A DNA stretch of 63,246 nucleotides, counting the filler. It is 4 parts of 4 records of this genome, joined end to end, with 100 filler letters (N's around TTAATTAATTAA, not from the genome) between each part and the next. Parts side by side here need not be neighbours in the genome. Positions count along the whole stretch, not along the records: positions 44,361 to 58,001 come from DRR723986_1302; positions 58,102 to 63,246 come from DRR723986_1357; 2 more parts are not named here. The stretch is one strand, 5' to 3'. Below the pieces are notes generated by a model. It searched no databases, was not told the DNA's origin, and was given only the letters and a program-made list of their open reading frames with translations. Shown piece by piece: positions 49,347 through 59,262 of this stretch (within the stretch, counting starts at the first letter, position 1; every line of letters starts with the position of its first letter). Both the position numbers and the translations under genes were made by a program.

Positions 49347-51252
49347 ACTCTGGTTCGTGGTGCCGGGAGACCCCGGCCAGAACACCGGCGGTTACCGTTA
49401 TGTTCGGCGCCTGGTCGAGGCGTTGGTCAAGGCGGGCATTTCGGTAAAGCTGGCCGGGCTGGAGGGAGCGTTTCCCAAACCGGATGACTTTGCCCGGCAG
49501 TCGCTGGATCGGTTCCTTGCGGGCTTGCCGGACGGAACCCGGGTCGTGCTGGATGGACTGGCGATGAGCGGCCTGCCTGAGGTTTTACAGCGGCACCAGA
49601 GCCGGTTGAACCTGATGGCGCTGGTACATCACCCGCTGGCGGATGAGAACGGCCTGAGTGAGCAGGAGCAGGCCTGGTTCAAGCATTCGGAAACGACGGC
49701 ATTGGCCTGTGTCGGCGCCGTTTTTACCACCAGTCATTACACGGCGGAACGGCTGCAGGCATTCGGAGTGACGCCGGCGCGGGTGACCACTGCCTTGCCC
49801 GCTGTCGACGATGCTTTTTTTCAGCAGTCGCCCCGGATTGGCCGGCGTGATGCCACCAGGGCGATTCACCTGTTGTGTGTCGGTCATCTGTCTCCACGAA
49901 AAGCGCAGCATCAGTTGATTCAGGCGCTTGCTCAACTCACACATCTGGACTGGCGCTTGAGGCTGGTTGGCAGTGCCGGGCGAGCCACGGATTATGCCTC
50001 GGGGGTTCGTGCCCTGGTCCGTGAATCCGAGCTGGAAAGCCGCGTTGAGTTTGCTGGCGAGTTGGGAGAAGCAGATGTGCTGAAGGCTTATCAGCAAGCC
50101 GATCTGTTTGTGTTTCCCTCGCTTTACGAGGGCTATGGCATGGTCATCGATGAGGCCCTCGGAGCCGGTCTGCCGGTGTTGAGTTCCGACGGTGGCGCGC
50201 TGGCTTTGACTGGCGCCAAACCAGGGGTTGAGTTGTATGAAGCGGGCAATGTAGCGGCTCTGGCCACCAGATTGACCCGGCTGATTGCGGAACCGGATGC
50301 CGTTGAAGCACTGGTCGCCGGCGTCATGCAGGCCCGGTGCGAGATCCGTCGCTGGTCTGAAACCGCGCAAGATTTCATTGCCGGGCTGGAAAAGGGCAGG
50401 CCGCGTAATCCGGTTCAATTTGCCGCGGATTGGCTGGAAGCAAGGGAGCCCGCCGATCACCAGGCCCGTGATGATGGGCTGACGGCCCGACTCGCCGAAT
50501 GGCTTACCAAACGATATGACTGTCGGGCGTCGGGTAGTAAACCGGGGGCGCCCCTTCACCTTGTGGATCTCGGTACCGGTCGGGGCTCCAATCCCGTCTA
50601 CCTTAGCCCGAAACTACCGGTACCCCAGCGTTGGACGCTGGTTGAGCCGGACCAAGCTTTGGCCGGGATCGCCCTTCAGCGGGTTGAAAAGCTGGATGCA
50701 CCGGCTGTGCTGGAAACAATGGTCTTGACGAAAGATAACCTCAGTACGGCGTTGCCCGCAGACGCCGACCTGGTGACGTCTTCGGCCTTGGTCGACCTGG
50801 TTTCCGAACCCTGGTTGAGCGCCTTGTCTGCAGCGGTGGCCAAACGTCAGGCGGCATTGTTGGTCGTCATCACTTACAGCGGCTATTTTACTCTGGAACC
50901 TGCTCATCCCTTCGATGACACACTGCGCGCTCTGGTCAATGCCCATCAACATCGGGAGAAGGGCAGTGGCGCTGCGCTCGGCCCGGACGCCACGGCCTGT
51001 TTGAGCCGTCTGATGTCTAACAAGGGCTATCACATCCAAACGGCAGATAGTCCCTGGGTATTGACGGGTGAGCAGGCCAGCCTCGCCGCAATGTTGCTTG
51101 AGGGCTGGGCGGAGGCTGCCACAGAACAGCAGCCGGAACAGGCGAACGATATCCAATTCTGGCTCGAAACCCGTCGGCAACAGCTGGATACCGGCGCCCT
51201 CGCCATTACCGTGAGCCATACGGATCTGCTGGCATGGCCGAAGCAGGTCTGA
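49333..51252 (+). CDS. Glycosyltransferase family 4 fused to class I SAM-dependent methyltransferase
   Basis: TGGYRY, VHHPLADE, PSLYEGYGMVIDEA; then DWLEAREPAD, DLGTGRGSN, SALVDL. Confidence 0.88.
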   Translation: MPASELWFVVPGDPGQNTGGYRYVRRLVEALVKAGISVKLAGLEGAFPKPDDFARQSLDRFLAGLPDGTRVVLDGLAMSGLPEVLQRHQSRLNLMALVHHPLADENGLSEQEQAWFKHSETTALACVGAVFTTSHYTAERLQAFGVTPARVTTALPAVDDAFFQQSPRIGRRDATRAIHLLCVGHLSPRKAQHQLIQALAQLTHLDWRLRLVGSAGRATDYASGVRALVRESELESRVEFAGELGEADVLKAYQQADLFVFPSLYEGYGMVIDEALGAGLPVLSSDGGALALTGAKPGVELYEAGNVAALATRLTRLIAEPDAVEALVAGVMQARCEIRRWSETAQDFIAGLEKGRPRNPVQFAADWLEAREPADHQARDDGLTARLAEWLTKRYDCRASGSKPGAPLHLVDLGTGRGSNPVYLSPKLPVPQRWTLVEPDQALAGIALQRVEKLDAPAVLETMVLTKDNLSTALPADADLVTSSALVDLVSEPWLSALSAAVAKRQAALLVVITYSGYFTLEPAHPFDDTLRALVNAHQHREKGSGAALGPDATACLSRLMSNKGYHIQTADSPWVLTGEQASLAAMLLEGWAEAATEQQPEQANDIQFWLETRRQQLDTGALAITVSHTDLLAWPKQV

Positions 51253-52205
51253 ACCCGGAGAGGCCGGTCCCCGGCTTTGGGCGAGGGGTGTTTCGCTGGT
51301 GCGTCACCTTGCTGCTCCTGGGGATTGTTTTTGTTTTCGTCGACATCGATAGGCTAGCCCAGAGGCTGACGATGGTTCCGCCAACGATCGTCCTTGCGGT
51401 ATTGGTGGTCTCGCTGATTCAGATCGCACTGTCGGCCTGGCGCTGGCGGTATACCGCGAACCGGCTCGGTGTAGTCATGGGCTTTGGCTTTGCCTTTCGG
51501 GAGTATTACCTGGCCGGGTTTCTGAATCAGGTGCTTCCCGGGGGCGTGATGGGGGACGTAAATCGAGCCTGGCGCCACAGCCGTTCGGCGAAGCGTTTGC
51601 AGCAACTGGCGATTGTCCATGCGGTTGTGCTGGAGCGCCTGTCAGGCCAGTTGGTGCTGGTACCGGTTGTACTGATTGCGGTGTCCGGGCTTTGGTGGAC
51701 CGGGCAGTTAAATAGCCAGTTCGGTGACGCAGGCGTATCCCTGAACCTGGGCTATTGGCTGATTCTGCCCGCGTTGGCCGTGCTCGGGGTTTTGCTGGTC
51801 TCTATGACGGGGTTCGGGGCCGGGTTCAGGCGTTATGTCCGACGATTAAGCGGGGATGTGCGTCGGGCTTTTCTGGGTTGGCGGAATGCCCTGGTGCAGG
51901 TTGGTACCTCGGTTCTGGTTTTCCTGACCTATATGGCGGTGTTCATGTTGATGGCCACTGGCATGGGCTTGTTTGTCGACGGCACACCCTGGCTGTTGGT
52001 CGTGGCCCTGTGCCCGCTACTGTTATTGGCCATGGTGGTCCCGTTAACGGTGTCTGGTTGGGGCGTCAGAGAGGGCGTAGCGGCTATTCTGTGGCCATTG
52101 GTGGGGCTGCCGGCAGAGCAGGGCGTGGCGCTGAGTGTTGGCTATGGTGCGGCGGTGTTTCTGGTGAGTCTGCCGGGTGCCCTGGCGCTGCTGTTCCGCC
52201 GGTAA
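51234..52205 (+). CDS. Lysylphosphatidylglycerol synthase TM-domain (flippase-like) protein
   Basis: AWRW, FLNQVLPGGVMGDVNR, LERLSG, PLTVSGWGVREG. Confidence 0.88.
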   Translation: MAEAGLNPERPVPGFGRGVFRWCVTLLLLGIVFVFVDIDRLAQRLTMVPPTIVLAVLVVSLIQIALSAWRWRYTANRLGVVMGFGFAFREYYLAGFLNQVLPGGVMGDVNRAWRHSRSAKRLQQLAIVHAVVLERLSGQLVLVPVVLIAVSGLWWTGQLNSQFGDAGVSLNLGYWLILPALAVLGVLLVSMTGFGAGFRRYVRRLSGDVRRAFLGWRNALVQVGTSVLVFLTYMAVFMLMATGMGLFVDGTPWLLVVALCPLLLLAMVVPLTVSGWGVREGVAAILWPLVGLPAEQGVALSVGYGAAVFLVSLPGALALLFRR

Positions 52206-53072
52206 TCAGGGTTTGGCGGTGTCGAACGCCAGATCAAAAAGCATATCGCTGCCAAGATTCACCAACTGGGCTTTGGGGCGAAGCGCCTCATCCAGTTGGT
52301 CAATCTCCGGCAGGGAGAACGCTGGCCGGCCGCTGCCAATGATCATGGGGGCAACCATCACATGTAAGCGGTCCAGTAATCCCGCCTTCAGGAAAGACGA
52401 GACGGTAACGCCTCCGCCCTCGATAAAAATCTTGCGAAGTCCAAAATCCTGTAACACCTGCAGGATACGTTCGGGAGAAGCAGGGGTTTCGTTTTCTGCG
52501 GAGCCCAGGCAAGGCACTGTTGTAACCCCGGTCGGATCCAGCGTTTTCGGGCCTGGCTGATAATCGCCGGCAATCATGTGCAGGGTAGGCGCATCGCCGT
52601 CGGTGAACAGGTGGTGGCTGGCAGGCACCCGCTGCCGGCGGTCGATCACGACGCGCACCGGGTTGCGGCCAGAGGTTCGGCGCACGGTCAGGCGCGGATT
52701 GTCGGTGCTGGCCGTTCCGGCACCGACCACCACAGCGTCACACAGGGCGCGGATTCGGTGCAGGTGGGTGATGCCGTCGTCACCGTTGATAAACCGGGAG
52801 CAGCCGGTGACCGTGGCGATCCGTCCATCCAGGCTTTGGCCAAGCTGGCCGATCACCCGGCTGTTGGTGCTCACCGGCTGACAGAGAGGCAGGAACAACG
52901 ACAACAGGTTTCTTGCCTGTTCGGTTGCCGGCTGAATGAGTTCCCAGCTTTTGCCGTTGATCTTCACCGCGGGTTGGTCAGAACCGGGCACGGGCAGGGT
53001 GATATTGCTCCGGTTGATCGCGCTGAGTACCAGATCCCAAGCGTTATCGGTGTCCAGTGCGTCATTTGCCAT
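52206..53072 (-). CDS. RibD C-terminal reductase-domain protein (no deaminase domain)
   Basis: QSLDGRIAT, HRIRALCDAVVVGAGT, DNPRLTVR, IEGGG, APMIIGSG. Confidence 0.9.
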   Translation of the reverse strand: MANDALDTDNAWDLVLSAINRSNITLPVPGSDQPAVKINGKSWELIQPATEQARNLLSLFLPLCQPVSTNSRVIGQLGQSLDGRIATVTGCSRFINGDDGITHLHRIRALCDAVVVGAGTASTDNPRLTVRRTSGRNPVRVVIDRRQRVPASHHLFTDGDAPTLHMIAGDYQPGPKTLDPTGVTTVPCLGSAENETPASPERILQVLQDFGLRKIFIEGGGVTVSSFLKAGLLDRLHVMVAPMIIGSGRPAFSLPEIDQLDEALRPKAQLVNLGSDMLFDLAFDTAKP

Positions 53073-53190
53073 GTGGTACCTGCTCGTTCGTTGTTCGTTT
53101 CAGTATAGGCAGATTGTGTCCAAAGCTATATGTACGATACATTTCCGGTTTGATTCACTTTTTCGACCAACTTTTCAGGGGCACGGAGCC

Positions 53191-53607
53191 ATGCGGTACC
53201 TGCAATCTTTTAACCGTCGTCTGCGTCGTATTCGGGAGCAGGGCCAGTTGTCCCTGGGGGATGTGGCCGAAATGTGTGGCGTGGACGAGGCCCGTGTCCG
53301 CAGCTGGGAGGCGACGGACGCACGCCAGAGAGGGTACCCCGGGGTTAGTGAATTGCTGGATTTTTGCCTGAAAACCGAAACACCGCTGGAACGTCTGTTG
53401 GATATGGACGATGACGGTGAAGATGGGCAACTGGAACTGCCAGGGCTGGCGTTCAGCAACAGTGATGATCTGTCAGTGGCGCTGAAAGAGCTTGAGCAGG
53501 AGATCAATCGAATCCAGCTCAGTGATGACGAAACCGAGCTGTTGCGCCGGTTCCGCAAGGCAAGTGCAGATAACCGGCGCATGGTGTTGCAGCTATTGGG
53601 GCGCTAA
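53191..53607 (+). CDS. XRE-family HTH transcriptional regulator
   Basis: RLRRIRE..LSLGDVAEMCGV....VRSWE; RBS GGAG before ATG 53191. Confidence 0.8.
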   Translation: MRYLQSFNRRLRRIREQGQLSLGDVAEMCGVDEARVRSWEATDARQRGYPGVSELLDFCLKTETPLERLLDMDDDGEDGQLELPGLAFSNSDDLSVALKELEQEINRIQLSDDETELLRRFRKASADNRRMVLQLLGR

Positions 53608-53623
53608 AGGGCCCGGGTCGCCT

Positions 53624-54460
53624 CTATTTTCCCTTCTTGTAGATATTCTCGTACACGAAGTTGGTGGCCTCCACGAAACCGTCGATGCTGCCGCAGTCAA
53701 AACGCTGACCTTTAAACTGGTAGGCCAGCACGCAACCATTCTTCGCCTGCTCCAGCAGGGCATCGGTAATCTGAACCTCACCATTCTTACCCGGCGGCGT
53801 ACGCTCGATAATGTCGAAAATGTCCGGGGTCAGGATGTAGCGGCCGATAATCGCCAGGTTGCTGGGCGCGTCTTCCGGTGCTGGTTTCTCCACCATGTCG
53901 GTAATACGGTAAAGGCCATCCTTCATGGATTCACCCGCAATCACACCGTACTTGTGGGTTTCGTCTTCCGGTACTTCTTCGATGGCCACAATGGAGCAGC
54001 GGAACTGGTTATACAGTTTGACCATCTGGGTCAGAACGCCGTCACCATCTTCCGGGCCCACGCAGAAATCATCCGCCAGCACAACGGCGAACGGGTTGTC
54101 GCCCACCAGGTTGCGGCCAGTCAGGATGGCGTGGCCCAGTCCCTTCATTTCATTCTGACGGGTGAACGCAAAAGAGTTGTTGTTGATCAGATCCCGGATA
54201 GAGGTAAGCAGGCCTTCCTTGCCGGTACCGGCAATCTGGTGCTCAAGCTCGTAACTGATATCAAAATGATCTTCGATGGCGCGTTTGCCGCGGCCGGTGA
54301 CAAAGCCGAATTCATGAATGCCGGCATCTGCGGCTTCCTCCACCCCGTACTGCACCAGTGGCTTGTTAACGATCGGCAGAATTTCCTTGGGCATGGCCTT
54401 GGTGGCCGGAAGGAAACGGGTGCCGTATCCGGCAACTGGGAAGAGGCACTTTTTGATCAT
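53624..54460 (-). CDS. galU: UTP--glucose-1-phosphate uridylyltransferase
   Basis: PVAGYGTRFLPATKAMPKE, GLGHA, VEKP, GEVQITDA. Confidence 0.97.
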   Translation of the reverse strand: MIKKCLFPVAGYGTRFLPATKAMPKEILPIVNKPLVQYGVEEAADAGIHEFGFVTGRGKRAIEDHFDISYELEHQIAGTGKEGLLTSIRDLINNNSFAFTRQNEMKGLGHAILTGRNLVGDNPFAVVLADDFCVGPEDGDGVLTQMVKLYNQFRCSIVAIEEVPEDETHKYGVIAGESMKDGLYRITDMVEKPAPEDAPSNLAIIGRYILTPDIFDIIERTPPGKNGEVQITDALLEQAKNGCVLAYQFKGQRFDCGSIDGFVEATNFVYENIYKKGK

Positions 54461-54779
54461 GATTGTTCGTCCTTAATCAGGTGGTTTACCGCTTTGTTTA
54501 CCCACAAAGCGTGCCAAGTGTAACCAAGTTGTATGCTGAGTTGGAGGGTTTCATTTCCGAGTGTTGATTTCTGGTAATTCTGTCGACTGGTTCCGATCTG
54601 TCCGGGGTGACTGAAATGCCTAGAAAATTGTTTCAGTCCCGCTTTTAACTACATGATTTTACGTAACATTAAAATTGTAAATTTATGATGATAATGGTGG
54701 CCTGAGAGCGGCCTATCTTTTAAAGTTGCACCGAATTAATGGGTTTACATGAAATGGACATTGCTTCGGGTTTTCCAGA

Positions 54780-55985
54780 GTGCCGCCATTGATCTTCAAA
54801 CTGCCTGTTCGTCACTTCTCATTGTCGGCACTGTTTCTGTGCGCGACGGCGAGCTTGTGTCTGCCAGCCTATGGTTCAGAGGAAGCGCTTGATGGTGCTA
54901 CCTCGGAAACCAGCCGGCAGGCGTTGCTTCCCGAGAACAGTCTGAAGCTGACCCGCGAACACTGGCTGCGCTCCAAGATGAAGTTTTCCGGGCGTACCAA
55001 CCGGGACACGGATCATCGAGATGGGGCGCTGAACGTGGGCCTGAATGGTCTTTTCTGGGCGAATCATCGTGCCGGCGTGCGCTACAGTGACGCCAAGACC
55101 TATCGGGTGGGCAATGAGCGCCGAGTACTCGGCTTCAGTTATGGCCTTCCGGTAGGGCGTAACCATCTGGATATTGAACTCCGGAATACCGCTTATGAAG
55201 AGGTGTCCAGGGCAGACGGTTCCCGTTTTCAGAAAGAAGGACGCACCCGGGATCTGACTATCACCGGCAGGCGGGCCCTGTTCTCTACGTTCGGCTACCA
55301 GTTCCTCGGCCGCGCCGGATACTCTTCCGTAAACCAGTACTGGACCCGAAGAACGGATGAAGTGCATCGATCCAGTTACCAGTTATCGACTGTGGGGTTT
55401 GAGGCTAACGGACATCACAATCTGTACGGTGGTTTTGACCTGAGCAGCGGACTGCGGGCGGTCACGGGTATTGAGGCCGAGATAGAGCGTGCAACCGATT
55501 CGGAACAGGGGCGGCGTGAAGAGCAGTTTGGGCGCATGGTTCTCAGTGCATCGCTTGACCGAGAGTTGCTGGCCTGGCACTGGGGGCTGGACGGGGAATA
55601 CCAGTTGGCGTCTGCCGATATTCCGGGTTCTCAGCACCTGAGGGTTGCCGGGTCAGGGCTGGTGGCGGGTTTCAATGGCCAGTCACTTAGCGTAGCCGAA
55701 GGTGGGTGGCTGCGCCTGGGTAGCCGTAGCCCGGAATTCGACGTTCCGTTCTTTCCCCGGTTTTCGTCGAGTGTTTCTCTTTCTGTCCTGCGCGGCTGGA
55801 TTCCTGATGAATCATTCCAGCAGCATCAGGCAGGACATGTGACGTCGGGAGAGGTCTCATGGGGGCTATCTGCGCGGCAGTTCAGCGCCGATGTCAGCCT
55901 GGGGCGGGTGCTGAACACAACCACAGATGCCATAGCCGTACCTGATCAACCGGATGTCCGCTTTACCATGAGCTTGCAGATCTGA
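54780..55985 (+). CDS. ShlB/FhaC/HecB-like outer-membrane beta-barrel protein
   Basis: Signal peptide; SGRTNRD (cf. GxxxTG), alternating beta-strands, GEYQLA, VAGF (cf. VRGY/F), C-terminal strand. Confidence 0.65.
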   Translation: MPPLIFKLPVRHFSLSALFLCATASLCLPAYGSEEALDGATSETSRQALLPENSLKLTREHWLRSKMKFSGRTNRDTDHRDGALNVGLNGLFWANHRAGVRYSDAKTYRVGNERRVLGFSYGLPVGRNHLDIELRNTAYEEVSRADGSRFQKEGRTRDLTITGRRALFSTFGYQFLGRAGYSSVNQYWTRRTDEVHRSSYQLSTVGFEANGHHNLYGGFDLSSGLRAVTGIEAEIERATDSEQGRREEQFGRMVLSASLDRELLAWHWGLDGEYQLASADIPGSQHLRVAGSGLVAGFNGQSLSVAEGGWLRLGSRSPEFDVPFFPRFSSSVSLSVLRGWIPDESFQQHQAGHVTSGEVSWGLSARQFSADVSLGRVLNTTTDAIAVPDQPDVRFTMSLQI

Positions 55986-56105
55986 AGCAACTCTGCCTCA
56001 CGTCGTTTCATTTGATTTCGATTCGCTTACGAACTTGTCACTTGTAGCAGCCCACGGGCGCGGTGCTACATTGAATGGACAAACCGTGAACCGAGGAAGG
56101 AAACG

Positions 56106-57644
56106 ATGCACGCAGGGAAAGTAGGTCTGGTGGTTCTGGGATTGTTCTTGTTTGCTCCCCTTTATGCCCAGGCGTTCCAGTTTCAGGATGTTGTGGAAAA
56201 AGCGAAATCGAAGGCGAGTGCGGCGTACGAGCCGGTCCCTGGAATTCCCGACTTCATGGCAGGCCTGAGCTACGACGAATACCAGTCTATCCGCTTTGAT
56301 CCTTCAAAAAGCCTCTGGCGAGAAGGGGATTCCCGTTTCCAGGTAATGCTCATTCCCGCTGGTAAATTTTACACCCGTCCAGTAAGCATCCACGTAGTGG
56401 ACAGCGAGGGCGTCCATCCACTGTCGTTCGATAAGAGTCTGTTCAATGTCGACGACGAGGCGCTCAGAAAACGGGTGCCGGCCGATCTAGGCTATGCCGG
56501 ACTCAAGTTGACGTTCCCTTTTGATGGTCCCGACGTAGCCAATCAGTTCCTGGTGTTCGCGGGCGCAAGCTATTTCCGCGGCGTCAGTAAGGAAACCTCT
56601 TTCGGGCTATCTGCGCGGGGTATCGCTGTAGACACGGGTTTGCCGACCGGTGAGGAGTTTCCTGATTTCACGGAGTTCTGGTTGGAGCGCCCCGCTCCCG
56701 ACAGCGACCATGTTCGTGTCTACGCATTGTTGGATGGTCCAAGCCTGACCGGGGCCTATGAGTTCACGGTATACCCCGGGGAGCAGACCCGGGTAGATGT
56801 GAAAGCCCGCCTGTTTATGCGGGAAGACATCGAGTTGCTGGGGCTCGCTCCACTCACTTCGATGTTCTATTACGGGGAACATACTCCCAGGCCGCTTGGT
56901 GAGTGGCGCCCCCAGGTCCACGATTCGGATGGATTATTAATCCATGATGATGCGACCGGCGAGTGGCTATGGCGCCCGCTGATGAACCCGGATCGACTTG
57001 CCGCAAGTTTCCACAGTGTCCGTCGTGTCGGCGGCTTTGGTCTGATTCAGCGTGATCGGGAGTTTCGTCACTACGAAGATCTGGAAGCCCGCTATGAGCG
57101 CAGGCCCAGTGCCTGGGTGAGCGCCGAGGGGGACTGGGGGAAAGGAAATGTGGTTCTGGTGGAGATACCTACGGACGACGAAACCAATGACAACATTGTT
57201 GCGTTCTGGAGTCCGGGAGGTGAGGTGTCCGCAGGCACGTCACGGGATCTGAACTACTCGATTCAGTTCGGCGGTCCCGGGGTGGCGCCACATCCCGGCG
57301 GCAAGGTGGTAAACACCTTCGTCGGCTCAGGGGATCGCATAGGCGGCGGTGACCAGGCCGGTGCCTATCGGATCCTTGTGGATTTTGCCGGCGGTCCCTT
57401 GTCGGAGCTCAACGCGGAGTCTCCCGTAGTCAGCAAAGTGACCGGGGGCGAGGGTGTTGAGGTGCTTGAACACTTTGTGGAGTGGGTAGCGCCAGAGAAT
57501 CATTGGCGATTGTCGATCCTGGCCAAGCCCGCGCCGGATCAGATACTTCAGCTGCGGGGTTTTCTGATGGTGGATGATGAGGTCGCCACGGAGACGTGGA
57601 GCTATTCCTTACCGCCCGGGACAGGCCTGCGGGCAGAACCCTGA
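56106..57644 (+). CDS. opgG: Periplasmic glucan biosynthesis protein G
   Basis: GASYFR, GLSARGIA, EEFPDF, APLTSMF, RPQVHDSDGL, DETNDNIVAFW, ETWSY. Confidence 0.95.
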   Translation: MHAGKVGLVVLGLFLFAPLYAQAFQFQDVVEKAKSKASAAYEPVPGIPDFMAGLSYDEYQSIRFDPSKSLWREGDSRFQVMLIPAGKFYTRPVSIHVVDSEGVHPLSFDKSLFNVDDEALRKRVPADLGYAGLKLTFPFDGPDVANQFLVFAGASYFRGVSKETSFGLSARGIAVDTGLPTGEEFPDFTEFWLERPAPDSDHVRVYALLDGPSLTGAYEFTVYPGEQTRVDVKARLFMREDIELLGLAPLTSMFYYGEHTPRPLGEWRPQVHDSDGLLIHDDATGEWLWRPLMNPDRLAASFHSVRRVGGFGLIQRDREFRHYEDLEARYERRPSAWVSAEGDWGKGNVVLVEIPTDDETNDNIVAFWSPGGEVSAGTSRDLNYSIQFGGPGVAPHPGGKVVNTFVGSGDRIGGGDQAGAYRILVDFAGGPLSELNAESPVVSKVTGGEGVEVLEHFVEWVAPENHWRLSILAKPAPDQILQLRGFLMVDDEVATETWSYSLPPGTGLRAEP

Positions 57645-57658
57645 TCCTGGAGGATCGT

Positions 57659-57916
57659 ATGGACGCGCAAACCTCTTACCAGTTGCTGGGAAAGCTGTTG
57701 GTGTACCTTGAATTGAGTGGCGCCAGTAACGACCGTAAAACGTTCAATGGCGCGCTGGCCTTGCTCGCGGACGGCGTCGCCGGAAACGAACACAGCGTTC
57801 GGTTTGAGGACCTTTTGGCCCGCATTCCTGACTACTTCGAGTTGGGTGAGCCAAGTATTCCGCCGGTAGCTCCGCCGATTCGCCGCAGCAGTATCGGGTA
57901 TTTCACCGATGACTGA
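57659..57916 (+). CDS. Small protein resembling the N-terminal cytoplasmic region of long-form OpgH
   Basis: GGAGG RBS; lies between opgG and opgH; ends PPVAPPIRRSSIGY. Confidence 0.65.
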   Translation: MDAQTSYQLLGKLLVYLELSGASNDRKTFNGALALLADGVAGNEHSVRFEDLLARIPDYFELGEPSIPPVAPPIRRSSIGYFTDD

Positions 57917-58001
57917 GTCAGCGACTGCGTCCCGCTCCTGGCACCTGCAGGCGACGATCCGACGCCTGGTGCTGACTGCGTTTGTGGCGGGACAGACGGG
58001 G
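57909..58001 (+). CDS. opgH: Glucans biosynthesis glucosyltransferase H, N-terminal fragment (truncated by contig end)
   Basis: My translation MTESATASRSWHLQATIRRLVLTAFVAGQTG matches the W..A..RR..L....QT start of OpgH TM1; follows opgG. Confidence 0.7.
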
Positions 58002-58101
58002 NNNNNNNNNNNNNNNNNNNNNNNNNNNNNNNNNNNNNNNNNNNNTTAATTAATTAANNNNNNNNNNNNNNNNNNNNNNNNNNNNNNNNNNNNNNNNNNN
58101 N
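58002..58101. other. Artificial contig linker
   Basis: N-run/TTAATTAATTAA/N-run. Confidence 0.98.
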
Positions 58102-59262
58102 CGGCAGGAAGCGGTCGGTGATGTAGCGGTGCGAGAGCGTGGCCGCTGACACCAGCGCGGCGTCGGCGATGCGGACCCCGTGGTGGAGTTCGTATTTCTC
58201 TTTGATACCGCGCAGAATCGAAATGGTGTCTTCGACCGTGGGTTCGGTGACCAGCACAGGTTGGAACCGACGGGCCAGAGCCGCGTCTTTTTCCACGTAT
58301 TTGCGATATTCGTCCAGCGTGGTCGCGCCGATACAGTGCAGTTCGCCGCGAGCAAGCGCTGGCTTGATCAGGTTGGCCGCATCCATCGCGCCGTCGGATT
58401 TCCCAGCGCCCACAAGGGTGTGCATCTCGTCGATGAACAGGATGATTTCGCCTGCAGCCTCGGTCACTTCGGTCAGGACGGCCTTGAGCCGTTCTTCGAA
58501 TTCGCCACGGTATTTGGCACCGGCGATCAACGCGCCCATGTCCAGCGACAGCAATTTCTTGTCGCGCAGCGATTCAGGCACATCGCCGTTGACGATGCGC
58601 AGGGCCATGCCCTCGGCAATTGCGGTTTTACCAACGCCGGGTTCCCCGATCAGGACCGGGTTGTTCTTGGTCCGACGGCTGAGCACCTGCATCGAGCGGC
58701 GGATTTCTTCGTCACGGCCAATGATCGGGTCAATTTTACCTTCGGCGGCGGCCTCGGTCAGGTCGCGGGCGTATTTCTTGAGGGCGTCATAGCCATCCTC
58801 GGCGCTTGCCGTATCAGCGGTGCGGCCTTTGCGGATGTCGTTGATCGCCTCGTTCAGCTTTTGCGCGCTGACGCCACCAGCATCCAAGGCGTCTTTGGCT
58901 TTGGATTTCACCATGCACAGGGCCATCAGGACGCGTTCGACGGGCACAAAGCTGTCGCCCGCTTTTTCAGCGAGTTTCTCGGCCTCGGTCAGAACCTTGG
59001 CGGTTTGGGTGTCGAGATAGACCTGCCCGGCGTCGCCGCTGACTTTGGACTGTTTGGACAGGGCTGTTTCTAACGCGTCGGTGACACGCTGAGGGACCCC
59101 ACCGGCGCGGGTAATCAGGTTGCTGGCCAGCCCCTGATCGTCGTCCATCAGAGCCTTGAGAATATGTTCTGGGGTCAGTCGCTGGTGTTCTTCGCGCAGG
59201 GCTATGGTTTGCGCGGCCTGCACGAAACCACGTGCACGTTCAGTGAACTTGTTCAAGTCCAT
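58102..59262 (-). CDS. clpB: ATP-dependent chaperone ClpB (3' truncated)
   Basis: Clp N domain; [43 protein letters not shown]. Confidence 0.95.

Noticed and set aside
48948-53072. Canonical queD and ribD calls
   Set aside because: The PTPS-like protein lacks the QueD Cys motif and RibD lacks the deaminase domain; no que or rib operon context
53492-54523. Long antisense ORFs (343 aa over galU; also 49585-50559, 58180-59073, 59554-60669)
   Set aside because: Shadow frames of well-supported genes in GC-rich DNA, with no motifs
56043-56070. TGTAGCA-N14-TGCTACA dyad upstream of opgG
   Set aside because: Single instance overlapping probable promoter elements; cannot be assigned
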